Positions 10,856-23,600 of a DNA stretch of 64,000 nucleotides are shown here, in pieces. Origin of the DNA: Azolla caroliniana. Its lineage: Eukaryota > Plantae > Polypodiophyta. The DNA is taken from contig JBHGNT010000011.1 of assembly GCA_043228905.1 (NCBI GenBank), positions 11,036,001-11,100,000 on the forward strand, read 5' to 3'. Positions within the stretch are counted from its first letter, which is position 1, and each line of letters starts with the position of its first letter. The notes under the pieces were generated by a model, which was given only the letters and a program-made list of their open reading frames with translations, did no database searches and was not told where the DNA came from. The position numbers and the translations under genes were made by a program.

Positions 10856-12862
10856 TGCTCCATTTTCTGATTGATGAAGTACGTAAGGTTTTAAGAGCGG
10901 TAGATTCCTTTCCCTAGATTTAAGTATACCGGAGACCTTCTTCTTTCCTCTTCAACGGATTATTCGTTCCGTTGATTGATCTCAGTGCACAAGGTTTAAG
11001 AAGTTGTCTGATTACTTCTCTTCCTGAAAAATGTAGGGCTGGAGGTCTAACTGCATTTTTTGCATCCATCGCCATGAATCCTTGCTAGGAAAGAGTTTCT
11101 GCACCTAACATATCCCTCAACAGTTATTGTAGCTCCTTTCTCCTTTTCATTCTGTTGATTATCGGCCCTACTCGAGGTTTTGTGTACTGTTCTTCCTACT
11201 TCTTCTACTAGTCATATTCAGCATGGATACTTGCAGAAGAAAAGCAACAGAAATATTGCTCGACCACACAATGTTGGTTCAATTTCTCAACGGAGTTCCT
11301 TTGCATTAAGCTAAACTATATTCAATTTCGTTCTTTCTTTATGTGGAAGTGTGAATACCTTATTGCTTCCATCGCCAGATTTCTTGCAAAAATAACAATT
11401 AATCACTCAAATTTCTATCTTTCATTCACTCTTTATTTCTCTTACCACACGTGTAGATGCCTTGCACTTAAATTCCTATATTGCTATCAATTCTTGCAAA
11501 AAACTAAAACAACAAATTTTATCAACAGGGATGCAATGCAGCCTCTTGATTCCGAAGGCAAATTTTAATCGAGAATACATCATTTCTCCTTTCGCACTTG
11601 GAATTTACGCCTCTTTTTCATACCTCCTATCTTTCAGAAGTGTGGATTTGCTTGTCCTTATTATTAACCTGCTAATTCTGGTGCTACCATCGCCACCAAT
11701 TCTTTCAGAAAGAGAACAGTTTGATTCCTCAACAGGTATGCTAGTTTTTCCTTTTGCTGTCCATTATATTGTTGACTCAACCATACAAAGGTTCCACAAC
11801 TGCTCACCTATCCACTTTTATCACCTGTCATTAAATGGTTTCTCTTTTTCTTTTCTCATGAAGAGGTGTTGAGAGACCTTGTCCTTAACCTATTTTTTGT
11901 GGCTGCTACCTCCATGGATCCTTGCGAAATCAAACAACACCAGATCTCTCAACAGGTATGCCTCCCCCTCTTGTTTGTTCTATCATAAAGTGAGTTGTGA
12001 ATTATCATCGTGGAGGAGCACATCGAAGATCACATCTCCTCTTCATCTTTTTCCCTGTGAAAACAGTAGTAGAACTATCTATTTATCTATATATATTATA
12101 TCCTTGAATACTATCCTGAATTATGCTTTAACTCCATGTGAATTATGCTTGAACTCCATGCCTACCGTCAAACATAGAAAACGGTGACTACGGAAAAAGG
12201 AAAGTTCAATAATTGATTAAAAGGCTACTAATACGATTTCCTTAAGAAAATTCGAATTATGTTGTAACCCCTCCTGATATAACTAAGAATTGGAATATGA
12301 TCTCACATCTCATCATTTGAACCACTATGAACATACGTATTACTAAGTAAAGACCAATTACATAGGCTTCAAATAACAATGGGTCAAAACTTGCCAAATC
12401 TGTCGATAAATACTTTGAAAATGATATAAGTAATAGGGCATTCAATAAACCTATCCACTATCTTCAATTGGAATTGTCCAAAAGAAACATGTCCCAAATC
12501 CCAATCCTCTCTTGCTTAAGACTGAACTTATTGGTAGGCCCCCAACCATCACTCTCCAAATAAATATGTTTGTATGGAACATTATAACTTTTCCACCACC
12601 CTGACTTACACTCCATATTATTTTTATCCGAGAGCCAAAAAAATGAAAACATGGAATGATGATACAATATAATCCTTGTGACATGTAACAAGCACCAATC
12701 CACCCAAGGAATAATATATCTTAGGATTGATAAAAATCCATGCAATAAAGCTATGCTCTACAACTTTTCCCAAATAAACCCATATTTTGTGGGACAAATA
12801 ACAAACATTTAGCATCTTCAAACTCTAACAACTTTTGAGATTTAGGCACATCACCTAACTCT

Positions 12863-13542
12863 ATCACCCCATGGTTCATCTTGTCAACACATCTATCAAT
12901 AATGAAATTTTCTAGCCATCAAATGCATATCTAAATTCAAAACAACACCTCGTCATCACCCCATGTTTCATCCAAACCCATGGTTCACATCTATCAATAA
13001 TGAATTTTTCAATCCATCAAATGCATATCTAAATTCAAAACAACACCTCGTCATCACCCCATGTTTCATCCAAACCCATGGTTCACATCTATCAATAATG
13101 AAATTTTCTAGCCATCAAATGCATATCTAAATTCAAAACAACACCTCGTCATCACCCCATGTTTCATCCAAACCCATGGTTCACGTCTATCAATAATGAA
13201 TTTTTCAATCCATCAAATGCATATCTAAATTCAAAACAACACCTCGTCATCACCCCATGTTTCATCCAAACCCATGGTTCACATCTATCAATAATGAATT
13301 TTTCAATCCATCAAATGCATATCTAAATTCAAAACAACACATCATCACCCCATGTTTCATCCAAACCCATGGTTCACATCTATCAATAATGAATTTTTCA
13401 ATCCATCAAATGCATATCTAAATTCAAAACAACACCTCATCATCACCCCATGTTTCATCCAAACCCATGGTTCACATCTATCAATAATGAATTTTTCAAT
13501 CCATCAAATGCATATCTAAATTCAAAACAACACCTCGTCATC
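12863..13542. repeat. Minisatellite, 98-bp unit, about 6.7 near-identical copies
   Basis: CAC(A/G)TCTATCAATAATGAA starts at 12888, 12986, 13084, 13182, 13280, 13375 and 13473 (one copy has a 3-bp deletion). Confidence 0.95.
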
Positions 13543-13588
13543 TAGGAGTAGCCAAAGGATCCTATGGAGCCCATATAATCCCCATCTT

Positions 13589-13703
13589 CTTCTTCTTTTC
13601 CAAAATGAAGCTACTTTCCCATTAGTTCGGTAGGATTATTACAAAGAGACTGTACAAGGAGGCTTAAACATAGATCGGGGAATCTCCCTCCGATCAAGTT
13701 CAA
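13589..13703 (-). mobile_element. Short 5'-truncated retroposon end with (GAA)n tail and 16-bp TSD
   Basis: ATATAATCCCCATCTT is repeated at 13573-13588 and 13704-13719; the insert begins with (CTT)n on +, i.e. a (GAA)n tail on -. Confidence 0.55.
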
Positions 13704-13789
13704 ATATAATCCCCATCTTATCCTTCTTTCGCTACAAAAGATATCTCTCTTCATAAGTACCTTACCCTAGTGGTAAGTTTTTACACTAC

Positions 13790-14242
13790 AACCTTACCAA
13801 CTAAGCTACATCCATCTAGGCACAAGCATTATGTCTTGGGTTCGAAACCCAATTATCTCACCTCTCTATTAGATACTTCATCAATCTTGGGTTCCATTGG
13901 GCAACCTTACCAACTGAGCTACATCCATATGGGCACAAGCATTATGTCTTGGGTTCAAAACCCAATTATCTCACCTCTCTATTAGGTGCTTCATCTTACA
14001 TATCTCTTTTAATTCACTAGATGCAACTGTGAAATGTAGGGGTTGAACCCATGACCTCCTGGTCTCCATTGGGCAACCTTACCAACTGAGCTACATCCAT
14101 CTGGGCACAAGCATTATGTCCTGGGTTCGAAACCCAGTTATCTCACCTCTCTATTAGATACTTCATCTTACATATCTCTTTTAATTCACTAGATGCAACT
14201 GTGGAATGTAGGGGTTGAACCCATGACCTCCCGGTCTCCATT
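13790..14242 (-). repeat. Tandem array (172-bp period, partial and complete copies) of a tRNA-derived SINE/TRIM-like unit
   Basis: The minus strand reads GGATGTAGCTCAGTTGGTAAGG...AGGTCATGGGTTCAACCC (A box, variable loop, B box). Unit 14028-14172 is bounded by TG...CA, with 27-bp spacers at 14001-14027 and 14173-14199. Confidence 0.7.
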
Positions 14243-14667
14243 CTTGTCAATCTCCTCTTTTACTTTAGCCGCGTAATTCGGATTCATCCGGTAACGTCTC
14301 TGCGCTACCGGTTTCGCAGCCTTGCTTAAATGAATCTGGTGTTGATATAATTGCAGGTCCAATCCCCGCATGTCTTCATATGACCACGCAAATACATCCT
14401 GGAATTCTTTCAATAATGTGACCATTGCCAATTTCTCCTTTGGTGGCATTTCTTTGGCCACATGCACCGGTCTTGCTTCTTCGTCGGTTCCCAAATTCAC
14501 TTCTTCCAATTGTGATGCTTTCACCTGTTGTGATACCGCCATCTCCCACTCTAGGGCTTCTTGTGCTTGTCGCAGTTACCAGATCACGTCCCTATCCGGC
14601 TCCTCACCGGCATCCTCCGGTTGCCCAATATATGGGGAGACCTTCTTTAGTGCTTGGGATCATGCGT
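14243..14667 (-). mobile_element. Ty3/gypsy (Tat/Athila-like) pol fragment, protease-RT linker
   Basis: LEEVNLGT..LLKEFQDVFAWSYEDMRGLD..HQIHL..KPVAQRRYRMNP..VKEEIDK. Confidence 0.88.
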
Positions 14668-15014
14668 AGCAAGAGCTATCTAAGTTCATATTGATAATCA
14701 TCCATGAACAATTTTCCATTGACAGTATTAAACTAATCAGTAAGTAATATCTACTAGCAATAGGTTTGATGTAAAAAGTTCTAAAATGTGTGGTGGATAT
14801 TAGCATGAAGCCATTGTCATATCTAAGGGGAGTATCATGTTGTTGCCCCCTATCCATGCAAAGTATGCAAAGAAAGAGAATGTAATATCTAGTTGTGCTA
14901 CATGAGCAACAATTGGTGACATCTCAACTAAAAGGGGACATTCTCTTGTAACATTCTTTTTGGGCGACCACGTAGGTCATGTTTTTGACCTCTCGAGGCC
15001 CATTAAATATCATC

Positions 15015-15018
<4 letters not shown>

Positions 15019-15073
<55 letters not shown>
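15019..15073. repeat. (CT)n microsatellite
   Basis: Seen directly. Confidence 0.95.
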
Positions 15074-15074
<1 letters not shown>

Positions 15075-16147
15075 ATATTGTTCGTCTATAGACGAATTGA
15101 TATCTTCATTAGAAAATTAACCTCATTTTTATGGCATCTCAACAACATTTCTGTTTAGATTCATATAGTGATAGAAATTTTGGACTTAAAATTAGGCCTA
15201 GTATGGAATTTAACGTCATCAATATACTTGTGCATTAATGCGACTAAAGGTTCATGTAGATGTAACTAAAACCCTATCACATGACTATAACAAGAAAATT
15301 CTTTATGAGAGGATTAAAGAAGACCAAGGATTGCTTGGTTTGGAGTTGTCATGTGAAAGGTATAACCTTTTATAAAAAACAATCCCAAGAGAAAAACATT
15401 TGAAATGGCCCAAGATTGAGTCTAAAATTATCCTAACTCAAGCCACAATCTAGGTTTCCTTCATCACTTATTGCAATCACATATATTACTCAAAATCAAC
15501 CTATAAAAACATTTAAGACTTGTTTCTCTTGTGAGAAACATTCTTCATTCATGTGAGAAATAGGTATACCGAGGTACAATATGGATTTTCTCTCTAATGG
15601 ATTGACAGTTTACAAGAGGTTGCATGACAATAATCTTTATAACTTCACTTAAGATCATGTTAATGAGTGACCATCCTCAAACCACTTGATATAAGAAATA
15701 AGAGGGAAGCCTTTGAGATGGAAGGACACATGAATTTGACATAATTATAAGCTATCCATATGAGCTTGGCATCATTATAAACTACGACGATATGTATTAC
15801 ACTTGAGAAAACATTTCATGGATTTCTAAAGTGTTTTATGCTGCTTCTATTTAGCATAAACGACAAAATTACGTTGGAAAATGAATGATGCATATTGGTG
15901 CAAATATGGCAACATATTTTCTAAAGTTAGTTCATTCCATATATAACATAATTGTAATCATTATGAGTTGAGGTTTACTTTTCATTCCTTCCTTTTCTTC
16001 CTCAAAATATAACATAAGGCGATCACTTCTAAAATTTAGCTCATTCCATTAATAACAATGCATTAAAATAATTAAATTAAATTCAACAACATTAAACTTC
16101 AATTTACAAGGGGCAATGATTAATAATTAATAATTGTTAAATGAAGA

Positions 16148-16354
16148 TTAACAATCTTGTGGTTATGTAAGCTATTATGGTCATTCACATTTGGTATCAT
16201 TTTAGGTCATCACCAAAGGCAAAAAGTTAACACTAACATCAACCTTAATGGTTAACAATCTTGTAGCTATGGAATCTATTATGGCCATTCACATTTGGCA
16301 TCATTTTAAGTCATCACCGAAAGCAAAAAATCAACGCTAACGTCAACCTTAATG
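16148..16354. repeat. Diverged ~104-bp tandem duplication
   Basis: TTAACAATCTTGT...CATTCACATTTGG.ATCATTTTA.GTCATCACC...TCAACCTTAATG occurs twice. Confidence 0.8.
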
Positions 16355-17004
16355 TCACACACATTTTGACATTAGTTTGGACAAGCAACTAAGCTAGACA
16401 AGTCAACATATTTACCTTCTAAATACAAAAATAAAATAAAAAAGTGAATTGGAAATAATACATACCATGAATTTTAAATTATTTGATGATTCTTAAGAAA
16501 GCATGAAATCTTGGTATCATTGATGGGACCAAAATGAGACAAGTTCTTGTAACAATCAATGTGTTTTGAGGATAACCTATTGGACCTCCCATGAATCAAG
16601 TCAACATCGATGCTGGAACAATGAAATGCTATAGACACTTATTGAAAACTTGCCACATCTTGGTGACAACATGTGTAATTAGTTCCCCAATCTAAACGGT
16701 GCAAAACATGTAAAGTATGCTCAAACAAAAATGTCCACAAACATCTATAGTATGAGCTCTCCTAAAACTATTAATTGGATTTTTTCCTTCAATTGAAATA
16801 GTTCTCATCTTTCCAATTTGCTAGTAGAAAATGTCATTTTTCCTAAAGTAATTCAAGTGGCTACCTTACTTGTTGTACTGCTTGATATTTGGAAATTGGT
16901 ACCAATAAAATTACGACCCATTCTAGTAATCCAAGTCCTACTATCAATGAGTTTACGCCATTAATTCACAAAGACGAAGAACTACATAGCAACTCCTAGA
17001 TTGT

Positions 17005-17292
17005 TATCATTTTCTAGAAGTTGATGAAATGTCTCTAGTGGGCTCACCTAGTGTTGCATTATCTTTTCCTATCATTTCTAGAAGTTGATGAAATGTCTCT
17101 AGCGGGCTCACCTAGTGTTGCATTATCTTTTCCTATCATTTCTATAAGTTGAATTCAGAATGGCTATCATTTCTAAAAGTTAATGAAATGTCTCTAGGGG
17201 ATTCATCTAGTAATGCATTCGAGTTTCCTATCATTTCTAGAAGGCGATGAAATGCCTCTAGTGGGCTCATCTAGTGATGCATTCTCTTTTCC
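17005..17292. repeat. Tandem repeat, 64-bp unit, about 4 copies plus a partial copy
   Basis: TATCATTTCTAGAAGTTGATGAAATGTCTCTAG.GGGCTCA.CTAGTG.TGCATT is repeated. Confidence 0.85.
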
Positions 17293-20200
17293 ATGTGTTT
17301 TGCATCTTTTTAACTAATATACCAACAAATAATAATTGAGGTTTTTTCGACATTATATCCTTTGATCATGTGCCTAACTTGCAATTTCTACTAACATTAA
17401 GGAGAATTAGAACTAGAGTATCACACTAAACAAAGGACACAAAGATCATTCAAAGACCATGACACCAAGAGAATATATCTAAAATTCTGGAATATGATGT
17501 ATTTCCATTTTGAGACTCTAGACAATCATTGCCCTTAATTATCCACATGGAATTTTAACTTAGAGATGATGGTGTTTGGGCTTGGGGATATGCTTGAAAG
17601 TTGAAGTTGAAACCACTCATTGGGGCAATGACAAAAGTATTCAATGTTATTACATTCATGTTCTTGCCAAGAACCTTATATAGGCAATTGAGGTGACACA
17701 AAATAGTTCCGCCATAGAATTCCATAATAAATACTTGACAATCAAAGTCAAATTTGATGGCCAAACAAATTTGAATGTTGTATACAAACAAGGAGTGATG
17801 TTTTCTTTCTTGGGAGTTACATTCCAACTATGTTGGATACAATTACACGTTGTCGTTTCGACAAACATGACAATTGATGAAACGCTAAAATAACATTACA
17901 AAGACACCCTCACATCCAAGAAATGAAGATATTACAATGATATTCAATAACGAAGGGTTTATACCACTATTCTTTGCATATGCAAGATTTTACCTCACTT
18001 CAAACAAATGGCACTTGTACATTAATTCCTCGACTTACACTCAAACTGAATAATCTCTTATAAGTGGGTTCTTGAAGAAACCAAGTGTACTTGGAACCCC
18101 AATAAGGTATAAATCTCACATAACATCTATAGTTTTCTAACAACCTGGTTCCAACTACGTTATCACTTCCTCTCCGACTCTTAGTCTCCCATCTTTGAGG
18201 GTTATTTTAGCTTTGCAATTGTATAAGACTCGAAGCAACATCAACTTGAATTTCACAGCCAATCAAATTTCTTAATGTTGCTCATAAATAGGACATTGGT
18301 GTACAACAACCTCTACACTTGTGAGTTGAGAACATCGTGATCTTACACATAATCTTAAAAGATCTACCTACTCTTAATAGAATTCCTATATGCACAAATG
18401 AAATTCTCCTTTCAATTCCTTTATTGTCAAATCTGGTTTGCAATGACATTGATTACCTTTGTAGAAAATTTCATAGACTTGGCACCCTATGTTGAGGATG
18501 GTACTTGCGAAAGAAATAGAAGATTGTAAAAATAGGTAAATACCTTAATGATAGATGAGCATTGAAGCATGCTTGCATGTGTATGATTCTTGGTTTCCAT
18601 GTATGAGAGATGCGATCCAACTTTTACATTCAAGAGTTTGTAGAGTTTTATGCATAACACTAAAGAAATACACACTAATAATCCAAATAAAACACTCCAT
18701 CACCTTTGACATACTATAAAGACTTCTATTGCTTATAAACAATTGAGGGATTTATAATAATGGAACAATTGGAAGCCTATGCCATTAGGTTTAACCATAA
18801 GTATATCTATACAACGTGTTTTTAAGATTGCAAATGGTGCGCTCTCTTCAAAAACAAGAGACAACCATGATTGAAGCATTAAAAGAATCTAAATGGATTC
18901 GAAACTTTGTAATGGAACAAACTTTAACATTAATACACCCCATGTTATGTATTCACACACATGACACCATGGGTTTGAGTAGTGTAGCAAGAAACCTAGA
19001 TAATATAAGAGATTTAAGCATCTACTACATAGACAACATCATTGTATAAGGCAAAAGCTTCAAGGCTTCACTACTTTATAAGTGTATCTCAATGCAAATA
19101 ATAATGCCACCGATTTTCATTTTCTCAAGAAATTTCGACAAATACTCAAAATAGGACTAACTACGAAATGCCATGTTCTGTTAATATGTTGTTCAATGGG
19201 AGAGATTTTGACTTCTTACCAATCTCATTATGATGATAAAAATGCATTAGAATAACTCAATTCAATACAACAAAGTAAATATTCAATCTACTAGATGTCT
19301 TGAGTAATAAAATCTCTCAATCGACTAGTTATTGGTAAGTCGAAATAGATAGCATGTTTCTATATAAACTGGGACAAAGCTTCACACCATGCACACACAC
19401 CTCTTCTGTTCCATTGGAGTACTCAATTACTCAACATTGTTCTCCTTTTTATCGGCGACGAATCGTGCAAATCTATATTTCTGTTTTTTGGTAAAAGCTA
19501 TGATATTCAGAATAAAGAGTTAAATACAGGGGCACAAATCCGGGGAGCAAGCTCTCTTTGTGTGTATGTGTGTGTGTGTGAGTGAGACCTATTGAACCCC
19601 AAATTGGGAAAGAAAGAAACCAAAAAAACCCCCAAAATTAGCCATGGGTACGTAGAGGATGTAGTTATGACATGATGACCGGAACATCAAATCATCAGTC
19701 AAATATTTTGTGGAAATGTAAAATGTTGATTGTGAAGGCAGTGGATGAAGATGATGGTCTTCCACTGCCTCGTGGATTGGATTATTGATGGCTAATATGC
19801 GGCAAGACATCCCAAGACCTTCCCAACCCAACCGTATCTTGGCAATGGCAATGAGGGATTATGCATTCATTCTTTCGGCTGATAATCCCAACAAATGTGT
19901 TGCTGTAGCAAGGGAACCTGTTAATGCATGCATCTTCAAAGATGAGTTGCGTGATGTGTTGTAGTTCCATCACAAAGAATGTACAGTTGTCTTAAACTTC
20001 ACTTGCAATATACAGCCTTTGGTGTCATCAGTCCCCTGCTCTGTGACTCTAAAATTACCAAATCAAAGAAACATCAGGCTATAATTATGTGTATAGTATA
20101 GTAAAAATGTGGCGGTTCGAATTAGAACATTGATGATTCGAACAATGTTATCCTCAAAGTTCAACCACGAACACGACTTGTCAAACTGATGGGTGCTGTA

Positions 20201-20692
20201 CTGTAGATTCAAGGCTACACATTTTACAATTAAGTAAGTCATGGTACATATTTTTTGATATCCTGGCATTGGTATGTTCAACGTGTGTTAATGTGTGCAC
20301 ATGATACACTTGTTTGTGTAATCTTTACTAACTAAAAATATGGAATGTTCTTGCCATAGAGTTTATGAAACAGTATATCTGCCATTATGATTGAGATAGA
20401 TTAAAACTACCTGTAATTTTCTCTACACATTTGTCAAAGAAAAGGTAAATATTCAAGAGCTAATCCAGACTTTTAATATATTTCTGAGGCTGAACAGGAT
20501 GACATTTGAATAAGATGAATTGAAGACAATGATATATCAACAACAATGGAAACTATCAATGTCTAACAAACAAACAGAAATTTGAAAAAATATAACCCTT
20601 TGTGCATATTGTATGATAGATGACTTCCACAATCTCTAACACTATCTGAGTTTCTGTTTATCCAACTTCGATTTTGTTAAAAATATTTGCAG

Positions 20693-23600
20693 CCTTCTGC
20701 TGTCATAAATGTTGGCCGAGGATCTAAGATATGGGTCGAGGATGAACAATTAGCATGGGTTGCAGCTGAAGCAGTGGATATCCAAAACCAACATGTGATA
20801 GCTAGAACTGAGAAGGGGAAAACAATGGTAATGTTTAGATTTTGCTGAAAATTTATGTGAACCATACTTGAGAATGTACTCCAATTTTGTTGCAGGTCTT
20901 TGTACCAATTTCTAGAGTATATCTAAGGGATGTGAACGTTTCTCCTAGAGGCCAAGATGATATGACGAAATTAGCTTACTTGCATGAGCCAGGGGTTCTG
21001 TATAACCTTGCAAGTCGTTATGAGTTGAATGAAATCTATGTGAGTAATTGTGTTAATATACTCTCTTTGTCATCACTTGTTTGGTCTCCTTAAACACGCC
21101 AACTTATATTTCGTAAAGATAGATCAAAGCACACTAATATGCTCTCTTTGTCATTTCTTGTTTGCTCTCCTAAAACACACCAAGATATATTTCTTTAAAC
21201 ATAGATTAAAACACAGTAATATAATATTTTTGTAATCTGTTTGGCCTTTTAAAGTAAGCTAACATATCTTTCTCTCTTGGTATTGTTTTTAAGCATTGAT
21301 ATTCTATATATTAGCAGATGTGTAAATTTAACTCACATGACTAAGGATGTTGGGATTGCGTCTAATTCTTGAACAAGAAAACAAAATCTTGTAGTATCTT
21401 GTGTTCATAGATCACTTGACTTCATTATCTCTTCACCCAGTCTTTCTGGGTGGATGTACCCTGCTCGACTTGAAACTAGATGTGCAAGTTCTATATTCTC
21501 CTTAGAACTAATTTAATTAGTGGAAATATCTTTTCTCAAAGCAAAACAGTGTATATTTTCTTGTTGTGCACATGTTTTTGAGGTCACCATACTTTTGTTG
21601 GTTTCCAGTGGCCTATGGATGATGTGGTTCTATCATGAGAACCTGAAACTAAGCTGTTTAGGCCAGATCTCACAATAGATATATAAACTGCAATCAAGAA
21701 AAGGCAGATAAACAAATACAGAGAATGAAAACTACAAATCCTGAATGTGACTACCGTAGGAATAAGTCATCACAATTCCAGCTGCTGATGTGTCATCATG
21801 AGTTTAAAAACTAAAATAAAAACTGTCAGTTGGTATATTGTGATGCGATTCAAAGTTGCTCATTAAAATTCTAGCAGCTGATTGGCATGCTCTTTTTAAA
21901 TGTAAGTGTTTATTCCTAAAAATAACCTTACTCAATTCAATGGCCGAGATTAATCTTAAGCTTACTTTTGGCCTATGGTGGTGGTGCATTTGTCTCGTTC
22001 ATAGTAGTGAGTAACCTCCTTAATGATTACTTTAGATGGGCATCGACAATATTGTCAAACCTGCAATTTTCTAGCAATGACATTGAAGAATTTTGATACA
22101 TCTTGAAATATCTGAAACTTATTTACTACTTTGCACAGTTTTCCATGTAGTCAAGCAGGCTCCAAATTAATTATGTATGATAAACATTATGTGTTCCCAC
22201 TCGAGACAAGCATTTTTCTACTCTTCTGCCTAGAAAAGACTAATCCACCAATGCTACCTCTGATGTGCAAGTAGATAGGGGAAGGACAAGGTAGCAAAGT
22301 CCTTGAAGCTGCTCCCTTCCAAACAGGTTAGCCATTTTCCTCTCGTGAGTATGGAAGACCATATCTTGGACTCTGACCATCCCCAAACTTTCCATGTGGT
22401 TAAATTGAGAAATGAAGGAATGCTTAACATCCCAGTCCAAAAGACTAGATGTTGCCAATAGATCAATATCTAATGGGTCCACATTTGTTCTATTCTTCAT
22501 TGGTTTCTAACACACACGTCATAATATCCCCTCCCATGAAGTAGTGATCAAGTGTTATAATCTCTTTCTTGTTTATTCATTCACTTATAAATATTTTGAT
22601 TTTATTTCTAATTGTAGACTTTTTTATATCTCTTTTTTAATTTCTTAAATTTTTTTTATACTATTTTCTAGACATACACAGGAAATATTTTAATTGCAGT
22701 GAACCCATTCATGAAGCTACCGCACTTGTATGATTTACATATGATGGACCAATATAGGGGGGCTATATTTGGAGAATTGAGTCCTCATGTTTTTGCTATT
22801 GCTGATTCTGCGTACAGGTACTATGATTTGTACTACGTTATTACTTTTTCTGAATCAATTGTCTGATTTCATTTTTAAATTTATAGAGCTATGATTTATA
22901 AGAATCAGAATCAAGTGATCCTTGTAAGTGGTGAAAGTGGAGCTGGAAAGACAGAGACGACAAAACTAATCATGCGATATCTAGCTTTTGTGGGTGGGAG
23001 AGCTGGTAGACCTGGCAACGATGGAAGAACAGTGGAACAACAAGTCCTTGAGGTCAGGAGTTAGTTCGTTTCTTCAAAGGATTGAGTATAGGCAGGAAAG
23101 CATGGTTATAGATTCACCTTTCTAAATATAAGCACATCTCATATAATGATTTGTGTTTGATTGCTTCTATGCGTTGGCTACGAATCAGTCAAATCCTCTT
23201 CTTGAAGCATTTGGCAATGCTAAAACAGTTCGGAATGATAATTCGAGGTGAGCTGGAACAGGTGTGCATTCCCCTTATTGCTTGCAAGTTTTAAGCTAAC
23301 ACTCTTCCTGACCCCACCACAAAGAAAGACCCTAAAATTTCACGATTTGTCTTCTAGCACAGTTCCAGGTAGAACCTGATGGAATAAATAAAAAGCCATT
23401 ATCGCTAGTCCTGTTTGGGTACCTCACGAATGTTTCTTATAAATAACGGAAAAGAGATCTAATTTATATGGGAAAGACATTTTTGCCTGCTGAGTAGCTG
23501 CATCATGCAATTTTGTTTTTGTTTTGGCGCGCAGTCTTCACCTCCTTATAAATGTCAACGTCCAGCGGACCTACAATTTTCATGTAAATGGTCTATGGAT

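Noticed and set aside
15100-19400. Possibly an ancient decayed transposon region
   Set aside because: No termini, TSD or protein motif that I can identify by eye.
19643-19653. ATGG/GTACGT as the myosin start exon
   Set aside because: The donor is phase 1 whereas exon 20693 needs phase 0; it may be a UTR exon but cannot be called as the start.
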